From Rhodothermales bacterium (GTDB lineage Bacteria > Bacteroidota > Rhodothermia > Rhodothermales > UBA10348): 59,079 bases of DNA. The notes under the pieces were generated by a model, which ran no database searches, had not been told where the DNA came from, and saw only the letters and a program-made list of their open reading frames with translations. Every line of letters begins with the position of its first letter. Positions within the stretch are counted from its first letter, which is position 1. The translations under genes and the position numbers were made by a program. Where the stretch lies: the NCBI GenBank assembly GCA_030830105.1, contig JAURNP010000112.1, positions 1 through 59,079 on the forward strand. Reading direction: 5' to 3'. Below are positions 28,076-37,696 of the stretch, in pieces.

Positions 28076-29218
28076 TTACTGCTTGGTTGACGGGGTAAGC
28101 CGTACAATGCCGGCCTCATCCTCGTCGCCGTCCAAGCCAACATAAAGGGCGCCATCCGGGCCTTGGCGGATATCGCGCACCCGACCCTGTCCTTCAAATA
28201 TGGTTTCTTCGCTTACGACAGACGTACCATCCATAGTCAATCGAGCAATCTGTTGACCTCGAAGTCCTCCCACGAAGAGATTGCCTTTCCAGTTGGGAAA
28301 GAGATTGCCAGAATAAGCGACCATCCCAGACGTGGCGATGGATGGGACCCAGTAATGAACAGGCTGCACCATACCCTCCTGATGGGTGCTGTCATGCAGC
28401 GGGTCGCCGCCGTAGTTCACGCCGTATCCGATCACGGGCCAGCCATAGTTCAGGCCGGGCTCGACGAGGTTGACCTCGTCGCCACCCTGGGGTCCATGCT
28501 CATTTGTCCAGAGTAGGCCGGTACCAGCGTCGAACACCATCCCCTGCGTATTCCGGTGTCCGTAGCTCCAGATGGATGCTTCGATGCCTTCCTGTCCAAC
28601 GAACGGGTTGTCGTCCGGAATGCTACCGTCGTCATGAAGTCGGTTGATCGTTCCATGATGATTACTGCGGTCCTGGGCCGGATGATTGGCCTGGTCTTCA
28701 TTCGGATTGGCTTGCCGATCGCCAACACTCACAAACAGATATCCCTGGTCGTCAAAAGCCAGGCGGGAGCCGTAATGACCACGTCCACGGCTGTCCGCCA
28801 GCCAGATCTCCTCGACGTCTAGGAGGCTCATGCCCTCCAGCCTGCCGCGAGCCACTGCCGTGGTCGAATTTCCGTCATGTGCTTTGGCGTAAGTCAGGTA
28901 AACCCAGTCGTTCTCTTCGAAATCTGGATGCAGGGCCACGTCCAGCAGACCGCCTTGTCCTCGCGCGTATACGTCCGGTACGCCACTGATCGAGCCCTCC
29001 GCGAGAACGCCATTCTGAATGATGCGAAGTCTGCCGTCCCGCTCCGTGACCAGGATGTCACCATTTGGAAGGAAGGTGAAACCCCACACGGAGGACAGAC
29101 CTTGGGTCACGACTTCAATCTGGACTGCTTCGAATTCAGTGTCGAAGGAGGACGACTGTGACCAGGCGACCAGCGAAGTCACTCCCGCAAGAACGAGGAC
29201 ACAAAGAGAACGGATCAT
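28076..29218 (-). CDS. PQQ-dependent sugar dehydrogenase (soluble glucose/sorbosone dehydrogenase, YliI-like)
   Basis: HYGSRLAFDDQGYLFVSVGDR, NHHGTINRLHDDGSIPDDNPF, GHRNTQGMVFD and NEHGPQGGDEVN are hallmarks of the six-bladed sGDH family. Confidence 0.85.
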   Translation of the reverse strand: MIRSLCVLVLAGVTSLVAWSQSSSFDTEFEAVQIEVVTQGLSSVWGFTFLPNGDILVTERDGRLRIIQNGVLAEGSISGVPDVYARGQGGLLDVALHPDFEENDWVYLTYAKAHDGNSTTAVARGRLEGMSLLDVEEIWLADSRGRGHYGSRLAFDDQGYLFVSVGDRQANPNEDQANHPAQDRSNHHGTINRLHDDGSIPDDNPFVGQEGIEASIWSYGHRNTQGMVFDAGTGLLWTNEHGPQGGDEVNLVEPGLNYGWPVIGYGVNYGGDPLHDSTHQEGMVQPVHYWVPSIATSGMVAYSGNLFPNWKGNLFVGGLRGQQIARLTMDGTSVVSEETIFEGQGRVRDIRQGPDGALYVGLDGDEDEAGIVRLTPSTKQ

Positions 29219-29258
29219 GATGCTGAAAGGACTTGAAATGGGTGGGATACGGACGTGC

Positions 29259-30272
29259 TTACTCAGGCAGATCGGTGTTCGTTTCCGGGGCTGACGGCTG
29301 CTCTACCTCCTGCATGAATGTGGTCACCATGCGGGCAACAACGTCGGGACGTTCTGCGAGGGAGGCATGTCCAGCACCCTCTACCACTTCAACACGTGCA
29401 TCAGGCATGACATCCGCGAACTCCCTCATGGTCACAGGACGTGCCTCATCGAACTCACCGGAAATGATCAGGACCGGAACGTCGATCTCATCCAGACGAT
29501 CTCGGCGATCGTAATCCAATAGCGTGCCGGTGGCCGTGAACTCCGTTGGACCCCACATGGTGTTGTAAACGGTGCTATTGCTCGAGACCCCTTCGCATTC
29601 CGGTATCGGACCATATCCCCAGGGATCCATGAAGCGGGCATAGAATGAGTCGGTTGCCGCGACGTAATCCGGATGATCGTATGTGCCGGCTTCCTCATGC
29701 GTCTGAATGGTTGCCTGCAAGTCTTCGGGCATGGTGGCGAGAAGGGCTTTGGCATCTTCGATCCAGACCGGAGTACTCAACAGTGGACCCGCCAAGATGG
29801 CGCTCAGGACACCTTCCTGGGCTCCTTCCAGCACGTATTCAGCCGCGACGGCCCCGCCCCAGCTCCAGCCTAGAAGATGGACTTCTTCCCAACCGAAATG
29901 GCTGCGGATGGCATCCAGCTCGGATACGGAGTGACCAATATTCCATTGCTCCCGCAGGCTCGGGCGGTCGGATTTTCCTGTTTCCAGCTGATCGTAACGG
30001 AGAACGGGTCGGTCCATCAGCTCATCGTCGAGCAAACCGAACCCACAGCTGGTTCCGCCGGGACCACCATGGATGAGGATAAGCGGTGCGCCCGTTGCCT
30101 CGGGATTGGATATCTCATAGAAGACGTTACCGCCTGATACAGGAAGAAATCCAGTACGTACCACCTGGCCGGTTTCGGGGTCAATCCGCTCTGCCGGAGG
30201 GTCCGAAGACAAGCAGCCTGCCGCTAAGAGAAGAAGGCCGGTAACAAGGATGGACAGGTTGGAGCGCTTCAT
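29259..30272 (-). CDS. proline iminopeptidase-family alpha/beta hydrolase, lipoprotein
   Basis: Signal ...LLLLAAGC; LILIHGGPGG; nucleophile elbow GWSWGG; C-terminal ...GHASLAERPD. Confidence 0.75.
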   Translation of the reverse strand: MKRSNLSILVTGLLLLAAGCLSSDPPAERIDPETGQVVRTGFLPVSGGNVFYEISNPEATGAPLILIHGGPGGTSCGFGLLDDELMDRPVLRYDQLETGKSDRPSLREQWNIGHSVSELDAIRSHFGWEEVHLLGWSWGGAVAAEYVLEGAQEGVLSAILAGPLLSTPVWIEDAKALLATMPEDLQATIQTHEEAGTYDHPDYVAATDSFYARFMDPWGYGPIPECEGVSSNSTVYNTMWGPTEFTATGTLLDYDRRDRLDEIDVPVLIISGEFDEARPVTMREFADVMPDARVEVVEGAGHASLAERPDVVARMVTTFMQEVEQPSAPETNTDLPE

Positions 30273-32338
30273 CGGCGGTATTCGATTCGGGTTAGTTGGG
30301 CATCTTCATTGCGAGTATTCCATGCCTCGCCATATTCGAGGACGTACAGTGCACCATCTGGACCGAATGTCATGTCCATCGGGCGTGTCCAGTCCTGGGA
30401 AGGCAGGAATTCTTCCATATAGTCATACCGTCCGTCATCGTCCATAGTGACGATGAACGTCTTGTGGCGCATCCATTCGTACATGATCAGCTTTCCTTCG
30501 AAGTAGGGAGGGAACGATTCATCTCCCATTTCTGCCTGGCGGAAAACCGGACCCGCCATCGCGCTCCGACCTCCATCGCCCAGTAGCGGATGATCGGTCG
30601 TGGTTCCGTAGGGGTAGTACAGGAAGGCAGGTTGGGCTGGGGGTAGGACAACCGATCCCGCATTGTTCGGTGAGTCGTTGATCGGAGCTGCGGCATCAAA
30701 CCATTCCTTACCGGTGTCGGCCTGAAAATCCCAGTCACGATAGGCCCGGTTGTCTGCAATGAAGTAGGGCCATCCAAAGAAGCCAGCCGATCGAGCTTGA
30801 TTGATTTCGTCGTAGCCCTGCGGTCCGCGATCTGCTGAGGGTTCAGAAGCATCCGGGCCGATCTCGCCCCAATACAACCAGCCCGTCTCAGAATCGATGG
30901 AAATGCGGAACGGGTTGCGGTTACCCATCACGTAGATTTCAGGTCGACCTTCCGAAGTATCCTCAAATAGATTGCCTTCGGGAATGGAGTAGCTCCCATC
31001 CGCTTCGGGTCGGATACGCAGGATTTTACCGCGTAAGTCTTGGGTGTTGGAAGCCGTGCTTTGCGCGTCATACGGGTGTCGTCCGGAGCGTTCATCAATC
31101 GGTGCTGATCCATTTGCCTCAAATGGATTCGTATTGTCTCCTACGGACAGATAGAGCAGCCCGTCGGGTCCAAATTCCAGCGATCCTCCAGCATGGCAGC
31201 ACGTCTCGCGTTGTGTGGTCACATCCAGGATTGCCACCTCGGAGGCCAGGTCTAACCCGGTTCCGTCAAATGTGAAGCGCGAAATCCTGTTAAGCGACAT
31301 ATCCAGAGGCGAGTGATAGAGGTAAACCCAATTATTTTCTTCGAAGGATGGATCGAGCGCCAGGCCGAGTAACCCGTCCTCGAGGCCATAAGCCACGGGC
31401 AACTCATTGATGATAGAGTCGATACCTGTCTCAGGATCGAAGATGTGAACAGCTCCCGGTCGCTCGATAAACATGATGCGTCCGTCAGGCAGAACGTCCA
31501 GTTCCATGGGCTCATTCAGATTCGTGGTCAGCACATCTGTCTTGAATTCCCACTCGTACGGGGTCTTTTCTGCCGTCTTGGGTTCTGATTTGGACATGGC
31601 GACCCACTCCATGGCTGAACGGACCAATTCCACGAAGGCAGGCTCGCTCCAAGACTCGTCCGTGTGTCCAGGTTGGATGTAGTAGGACCGCCCGCCGTCA
31701 AAATGATGGTACCAGACTATTGGGTGACTGTCGCCTTCGGAGGTGTCATTGCCCACGTCGTAGGTTGTTTCGTCGATACTGATGAGCGGGATCACGTCGG
31801 GGTTCACGAAGCGGAAATTGTACCACTCGTCGAAGCGAGTCCACCGCTGTGGAAGATGTGCGACGGTAGGATGCGATGTGTCGAGAATGTCGAGCGCCGC
31901 TTCTTGAGGAGCCGGGTGACCGGTGAAATAGCCACCTACAAGTTGCCCATACCAGGGCCAGTCATACTCGGTGTCACTGGCCGAGTGGATACCCAGATAT
32001 CCACCACCGTTCTGGACGAAACGTCGGAAAGCAACTTGTTGCGGGCGATCGAAAACGTTGCCTGTGGTGCTCAAGAATATGACGGCGTCGTATTGGGCCA
32101 GGTTCTCCTCGTTGAAGTCCGCTGGGTTCTCGGTGGTATCGATGACTATTTCCATACCCTGACCCAGCTCCTGAATAACCTCGCTTGCCAGAGGAATGTG
32201 TTGATGCCGGAACCCTTCGGTGTAGGAGAAGACCAGAAGGCGCGACGGCTGGTACGACGGCTTCTGCGAGCACCCCGACCAAGAAACTCCCAAAAGGAGC
32301 AAGGCGACGAGCCAGAAACCGGAAAAACGGGACAACAT
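30269..32338 (-). CDS. ThuA domain fused to a PQQ-dependent sugar dehydrogenase beta-propeller, lipoprotein
   Basis: N-terminus LLVFSYTEGFRHQHIP...YDAVIFLSTTG...GGGYLGIHSA is ThuA-like. The C-terminus has sGDH-like blades (GLLGLALDPSF..., CCHAGGSLEFGPDGLLYLSVGDN, RNPFRISID). Start trimmed to MLSRFSGFWLVALLLLGVSWSGC. Stop/start ATGA overlap with the downstream gene. Confidence 0.8.
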   Translation of the reverse strand: MLSRFSGFWLVALLLLGVSWSGCSQKPSYQPSRLLVFSYTEGFRHQHIPLASEVIQELGQGMEIVIDTTENPADFNEENLAQYDAVIFLSTTGNVFDRPQQVAFRRFVQNGGGYLGIHSASDTEYDWPWYGQLVGGYFTGHPAPQEAALDILDTSHPTVAHLPQRWTRFDEWYNFRFVNPDVIPLISIDETTYDVGNDTSEGDSHPIVWYHHFDGGRSYYIQPGHTDESWSEPAFVELVRSAMEWVAMSKSEPKTAEKTPYEWEFKTDVLTTNLNEPMELDVLPDGRIMFIERPGAVHIFDPETGIDSIINELPVAYGLEDGLLGLALDPSFEENNWVYLYHSPLDMSLNRISRFTFDGTGLDLASEVAILDVTTQRETCCHAGGSLEFGPDGLLYLSVGDNTNPFEANGSAPIDERSGRHPYDAQSTASNTQDLRGKILRIRPEADGSYSIPEGNLFEDTSEGRPEIYVMGNRNPFRISIDSETGWLYWGEIGPDASEPSADRGPQGYDEINQARSAGFFGWPYFIADNRAYRDWDFQADTGKEWFDAAAPINDSPNNAGSVVLPPAQPAFLYYPYGTTTDHPLLGDGGRSAMAGPVFRQAEMGDESFPPYFEGKLIMYEWMRHKTFIVTMDDDGRYDYMEEFLPSQDWTRPMDMTFGPDGALYVLEYGEAWNTRNEDAQLTRIEYRR

Positions 32339-32468
32339 GGGTATGCTGGGATTGGAGTAACAGAGCAGGACTGCCCAAGCTACCGGGTCCGGCGTGGATG
32401 GGCAACTTCCCAATCAAGAGCTGCTCACATACAACAACACAGATGTTTTACGAGGAAGCTTCTCAATT

Positions 32469-32500
32469 GAGTGACATACCTGTCGAGTGACATACCTGTG
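32469..32500. repeat. tandem 16-bp direct repeat in a divergent promoter region
   Basis: GAGTGACATACCTGTC GAGTGACATACCTGTG. Each unit contains the small palindrome GACA-tacc-TGTC. Confidence 0.9.
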
Positions 32501-32561
32501 TCATCTTTTTGGGCGATCTTTGATTGGTTCGGCTCGCATGTATTCAACCCGCTTTCCGGTT

Positions 32562-33149
32562 ATGCCCCCTTCCGATGAGATCACCCGCTGCTCGTGGTGC
32601 GGTACGGATCCGCTATACGTTGCCTATCACGATCACGAGTGGGGAAGACCCGTCCACGACGACCAGCACTTATTTGAGATGCTGACCCTCGAGGGAGCGC
32701 AGGCCGGGCTTTCCTGGATCACGGTATTGCGCAAGCGCGAAGGCTACCGCGATGCCTTCTGTCACTTCGACATCGAGGCGGTCGCCGCCATGACACCAGG
32801 GGACGAAGAGCGGCTTCGGGGATTCGAGGGAATCGTGCGCAATCGCTTGAAGATTTCGTCGACCGTCAGCAATGCCAAGGCCTTTCTGAAACTGCAGGAG
32901 GAGATGGGGTCCTTCAGCGAATGGTACTGGGCTCACACGGACGGACAGGTCATTCAGAACCAGCCTCAGTCCCTGGGTGACCTTCCGGCGTCAACGGCGC
33001 TATCCGAGCAGATTTCGAAGGAGCTAAAGAGGCTGGGCTTTCGATTTGTGGGGCCGACCATCATCTATGCCTTCATGCAGGCAACCGGCATGGTCAATGA
33101 TCACGTCCTGTCCTGCTTCGTTCGTCAGGAAATGCCCAAAACGACCTGA
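32562..33149 (+). CDS. tag: DNA-3-methyladenine glycosylase I
   Basis: CSWCGTDPLYVAYHDHEWGRPVHDDQHLFEMLTLEGAQAGLSWITVLRKREGYRDAF is a near-textbook Tag sequence. The alternative ATG at 32538 cannot be excluded. Confidence 0.9.
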   Translation: MPPSDEITRCSWCGTDPLYVAYHDHEWGRPVHDDQHLFEMLTLEGAQAGLSWITVLRKREGYRDAFCHFDIEAVAAMTPGDEERLRGFEGIVRNRLKISSTVSNAKAFLKLQEEMGSFSEWYWAHTDGQVIQNQPQSLGDLPASTALSEQISKELKRLGFRFVGPTIIYAFMQATGMVNDHVLSCFVRQEMPKTT

Positions 33150-33401
33150 TAAGCGTGTAGGGGATGGTCGGGTCACACTTGTTAATGAAGTGTGGAAAAG
33201 GTTGGAAATCGCCTTTTTTCGCGTGTTACGCCATTATTACGAAAAGTACTAATTTTGCAAGTATCTGTTTATCTACGACTTGCAGAAACAAAATGCGGAA
33301 CAGGCGCGCGGAACGTCGGGAAATGGAGAATCCTGGGCATCTCCACATCAAAGTGGATAAGCTGTGGAAAACGATGAAAAACCTGAAAACGTTCGATTTG
33401 C

Positions 33402-34565
<1,164 letters not shown>

Positions 34566-34593
34566 CTAATGTGACAATTCAACAGCGCAACTC

Positions 34594-35475
34594 ATGTCTT
34601 CCCGGACACCTGCATCCCGACGTCTCGTTCGCCTCTCCTCGGCCGTGGTTCTAGCGCTTATTGTCGCATTCGTAGCCGTAGGCTTCGTCAAACCATCTGT
34701 AACCGTAGAGACCGCTTCGCGGACCGACCGGAGCGCTTACGTGGCCTTTGATGCTCTGACGAATTCGGAACTGGTGGGCGAATGGATGGAAGGCTTTGTC
34801 TCGATTGAAAGTGTGTTGGAGCGCGATGAAGCAGTGGGCAATCAATCTGTATTGTCCATGGTCACTGGCGGTGATACCCTCGAATTGCGACAGGAGATCA
34901 CCACTTGGGAGCCGGGCGAACAATTTGGGTTGACCTTCGAGAGCAAGATGACGGCAGGCCATATTTCCGTGCAGCTCACTCCGCTGGACAACGGTACGGA
35001 ATTGTTCGTTCGATCCACATTTGAAGGAGAAACCTGGTGGTGGCGCTCCCTTTTCCCGTTTTTCTCGGTTGGACTTCGGGCCACTCAGCAGGCAGATTAC
35101 GATCGACTGGCGGCTTTGGTCGACGGTATTGAACCTCCACTTACGGGGAATTGGGCTGGTATTGACGCCGTGGGCAACGAACAGATGTTCCAGTTCAAGC
35201 CGAATGGCGCGCTGGAGTGGCGTGCCGCTTCAGGAGGAGAGTGGTTCGAGCTCCACGGGCTGCAGTATGAGGTAGATCGATCTGCGGAACCCATCGCGCT
35301 CGACCTTTCTGGATTCGACTCGCCGCCACTAGAGGGTCAGGTGCTCTACGGCATCATTACGTTTGCCTCAGACGATTCTTTGCGTCTGGATCTGGAAGCA
35401 GGCCCGCCCGGCAATGCATCGGTACGCCCCGAGTCTTTCAGGGAATCAGCCATCGGTCTCCGCCGAGTACGCTGA
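34594..35475 (+). CDS. SRPBCC-fold protein with C-terminal lipocalin-like (TIGR03067-like) domain
   Basis: N-terminal TM/signal followed by a START/SRPBCC-like region. The C-terminus ...PIALDLSGFDSPPLEGQVLYGIITFASDDSLRLDL...VRPESF resembles the TIGR03067 pattern (from memory). Confidence 0.5.
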   Translation: MSSRTPASRRLVRLSSAVVLALIVAFVAVGFVKPSVTVETASRTDRSAYVAFDALTNSELVGEWMEGFVSIESVLERDEAVGNQSVLSMVTGGDTLELRQEITTWEPGEQFGLTFESKMTAGHISVQLTPLDNGTELFVRSTFEGETWWWRSLFPFFSVGLRATQQADYDRLAALVDGIEPPLTGNWAGIDAVGNEQMFQFKPNGALEWRAASGGEWFELHGLQYEVDRSAEPIALDLSGFDSPPLEGQVLYGIITFASDDSLRLDLEAGPPGNASVRPESFRESAIGLRRVR

Positions 35476-35477
35476 TC

Positions 35478-35878
35478 TTACTCGGGCTGGAACAGTGCCA
35501 GAACGGCTCCTGCAGGATCCTGGACAACACAATAAGATCCATGCCCTTCTGCAATTTTGACGGGGTGATCAGCGCGCCGCCAAGCTTTTCCACAGCTGCC
35601 GTTGAGGCCTCGATGTCCTCTACGTTGACATACATCAGCCATTGGGCCGGTAGCCCTGCATTTGCGCCCCGGGCGTGACAGACGCCTGAGACGGGGGTTC
35701 CGTCGGCTGACGCCATGACATAGTCGTTGTAATCCCCCATGCTCAGCGGGGAGGCAGCCCAACCGACTACTTCCCGGTAGAAATCACGGACACCGTCAGC
35801 ATCCTCGACGGTGAGGTCGAACCAGCCAACAGTTCCGGTGACAGGTTTGTCGCTCATATCAAATACAAGATGCGTCAT
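35478..35878 (-). pseudogene. VOC (glyoxalase/bleomycin-resistance) family gene with a 1-nt frameshift in a C4/G4 homopolymer
   Basis: The N-terminal frame (35878 downward) gives VGWFDLTVEDADGVRDFYREVVGW...KLGGALITP. The family-typical C-terminus VKIAEGHGSYCVVQDPAGAVLALFQPE* is in the adjacent frame and ends at 35478. The frames meet at the G4 run 35562..35565. Confidence 0.6.
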
Positions 35879-35905
35879 CAGGCCGGGTATTCCCCGGCCG
35901 TGGAC

Positions 35906-37459
35906 TCAAGAGTGCATGACCCGGTTTTTTAGGAGCTGCTCGATGTGTCCGAGCTCTTCCACAAATCGGGGATCGGTGTCAATGCGAGCCTGGATGGCCT
36001 TGCAGGCATGGATTACCGTGGAGTGATCACGCCCACCGAAGCGACGACCGATCGCTTCCAGCGAGTGCTGGGTCATCCGCTTACAGAAATGCATGGCGAC
36101 TTGACGCGCGTCCACGATAGGGCGCTTGCGACTTTTCCCAATCAGCAGATCCGTATCCATGTTGTAGTACTCCGCGACGATATCCCGAATCTGGGAGGCA
36201 GAGATACTCTTGCGTGCGCGGTTGTCGATCAAATCCGACAGTGCATCCTGCACGAAGGTCATATCGATCGGTTGACGCGTCACACTGTGCAGAGCCAGAA
36301 GCTTGTTGAAGGCGCCTTCCAGAAGACGGATGTTATCCTTCACGTTGTATGCGATGTAGTCGATGACTTCGCTGGACAACTCCAGACCGGCCTCTGATGC
36401 ATGGCGTTGAAGAATGGCCGTACGCGTTTCCAGATCGGGTGGCTGTACGTCTGCCGACAGGCCCCAGCGGAAACGGGAAAGCAGGCGCTCTTCGATGCCG
36501 GCGATTTCGGCCGGACTGCGGTCGGCGCACAGAATAATCTGTTTGCCGCTCTGGTGCAGTTCGTTGAACAAGTGGAAGAACTGCTCCTGCGTCTTCTCTT
36601 TTCCGCCGAAAAACTGGATATCATCCACGATCAGGACATCGATCTGGCGGAAGGCCTGCGTAAACTCACCCAGCGTGTTGTTCTGGATGGCATAGACAAA
36701 ATAGTTCGTGAAGGCCTCTGACGTAAGGTACAGAACCTGGGCACGCGGCTCGCTCTGCAGGATCTCGTTTCCGATCGCATGTGCCAGGTGGGTTTTGCCA
36801 AGCCCAACCTTTCCGTAGATCAGGAATGGATTGAAGCTGGTCGCACCCGATCGCTTGGCAACGGCGACACCGGCGGAGCGCGCCAAGCGGTTACAATCCG
36901 CCTCGATGAACGTCTCTAGCGTGTATTTCGGATTGAGCGTTCGCGGAAGGGACCCGGGAACGGTCTCCGGTCGGAAAGAGAACGGACTGGACGGGGGTTG
37001 CTGGGTCGGCGTAGCGGCGCGTCTACCTTGTCGTGGTACATCGGTTGTTGCGCGAGCCCGAGACGACGATCCGGTGCGAGAAGACGTTGAGGCGCGGGAC
37101 TGGGTATTGGAATCGCCTGGCAGGGAGGAATCTCCGGCGGCAGCTCGGGCTTCGTGCCCGGCTGAAGCCGCAACACTCTCGAATTCAGCTTCAGCAATCG
37201 CTGATACCATGAGAGTGAAAGAAATCTTGCCTTCGTAGCAATGCTCGATCGCCTGCTGAATCACTTTACTGAATTCACGATCGATCCATTCTCGGTGGAA
37301 ATCAGACGGTACGCCGAGGGTGAGGTGGGTACCATTTCCGGTTGTGGAGCTGGAGATGAATGAGAGGGGACGAATCCAGGTCTCAAACTGCTGGGTCGGG
37401 AGATCCTGCGCCAACTTTTCTTTGCTTCTCTGCCACAGCATTTCAGATGGGTAGGCCAT
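35906..37459 (-). CDS. dnaA: chromosomal replication initiator protein DnaA
   Basis: N-terminus LWQRSKEKLAQDLPTQQFETWIRPL; Walker A GKVGLGKTHLAHAIGNE; LIVDDIQFFGGKEKTQEQFFH; C-terminal DNA-binding RRFGGRDHSTVIHACKAI. Start trimmed to the ATG at 37459 (MAYPSEM...). Confidence 0.95.
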   Translation of the reverse strand: MAYPSEMLWQRSKEKLAQDLPTQQFETWIRPLSFISSSTTGNGTHLTLGVPSDFHREWIDREFSKVIQQAIEHCYEGKISFTLMVSAIAEAEFESVAASAGHEARAAAGDSSLPGDSNTQSRASTSSRTGSSSRARATTDVPRQGRRAATPTQQPPSSPFSFRPETVPGSLPRTLNPKYTLETFIEADCNRLARSAGVAVAKRSGATSFNPFLIYGKVGLGKTHLAHAIGNEILQSEPRAQVLYLTSEAFTNYFVYAIQNNTLGEFTQAFRQIDVLIVDDIQFFGGKEKTQEQFFHLFNELHQSGKQIILCADRSPAEIAGIEERLLSRFRWGLSADVQPPDLETRTAILQRHASEAGLELSSEVIDYIAYNVKDNIRLLEGAFNKLLALHSVTRQPIDMTFVQDALSDLIDNRARKSISASQIRDIVAEYYNMDTDLLIGKSRKRPIVDARQVAMHFCKRMTQHSLEAIGRRFGGRDHSTVIHACKAIQARIDTDPRFVEELGHIEQLLKNRVMHS

Positions 37460-37555
37460 CAAACAGGTGGGTTCAAAAGGGGGTGAGTGGGATGATTTCT
37501 GGAGTCCCATTGTAGGCAGCGCAGACGCCCGCGGGCAAGCCTATATCATCCGTAT

Positions 37556-37584
37556 TTATCCACCTGTCCCACTTCTTATCAACA
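37556..37584 (+). promoter_or_regulatory. two DnaA-box-like 9-mers upstream of dnaA
   Basis: TTATCCACC (37556..37564) and TTATCAACA (37576..37584). Each has one mismatch to TTATCCACA, both are in the same orientation and they lie 20 nt apart. An AT-rich stretch with an A8 run (37597..37604) follows. Confidence 0.45.
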
Positions 37585-37644
37585 CTCCAAATGTTGAAAA
37601 AAAAGTAGCGCAAATCTCTTGCTTTTCCGGCGTCGCTCCTGAGC

Positions 37645-37682
37645 GTGCCCTGGGGATGGGTTGTGGTCCATCCCCAGGGCAC
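37645..37682 (-). terminator. perfect 15-bp hairpin downstream of bcp (no adjacent T tract)
   Basis: GTGCCCTGGGGATGG-gttgtggt-CCATCCCCAGGGCAC, 15 nt after the bcp stop. Confidence 0.5.
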
Positions 37683-37696
37683 TCAGGACACCTGTA

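Noticed and set aside
32469-32500. CRISPR array or mobile-element ends, considered for the 16-bp x2 repeat here, the 22-nt x3 repeat at 57319..57384 and the perfect hairpins.
   Set aside because: Only 2-3 contiguous copies with no spacers and no cas, transposase or integrase genes. No target-site duplications or flanking tRNA. The window shows no island-like block other than the short AT-rich spacer at 33150..33401.
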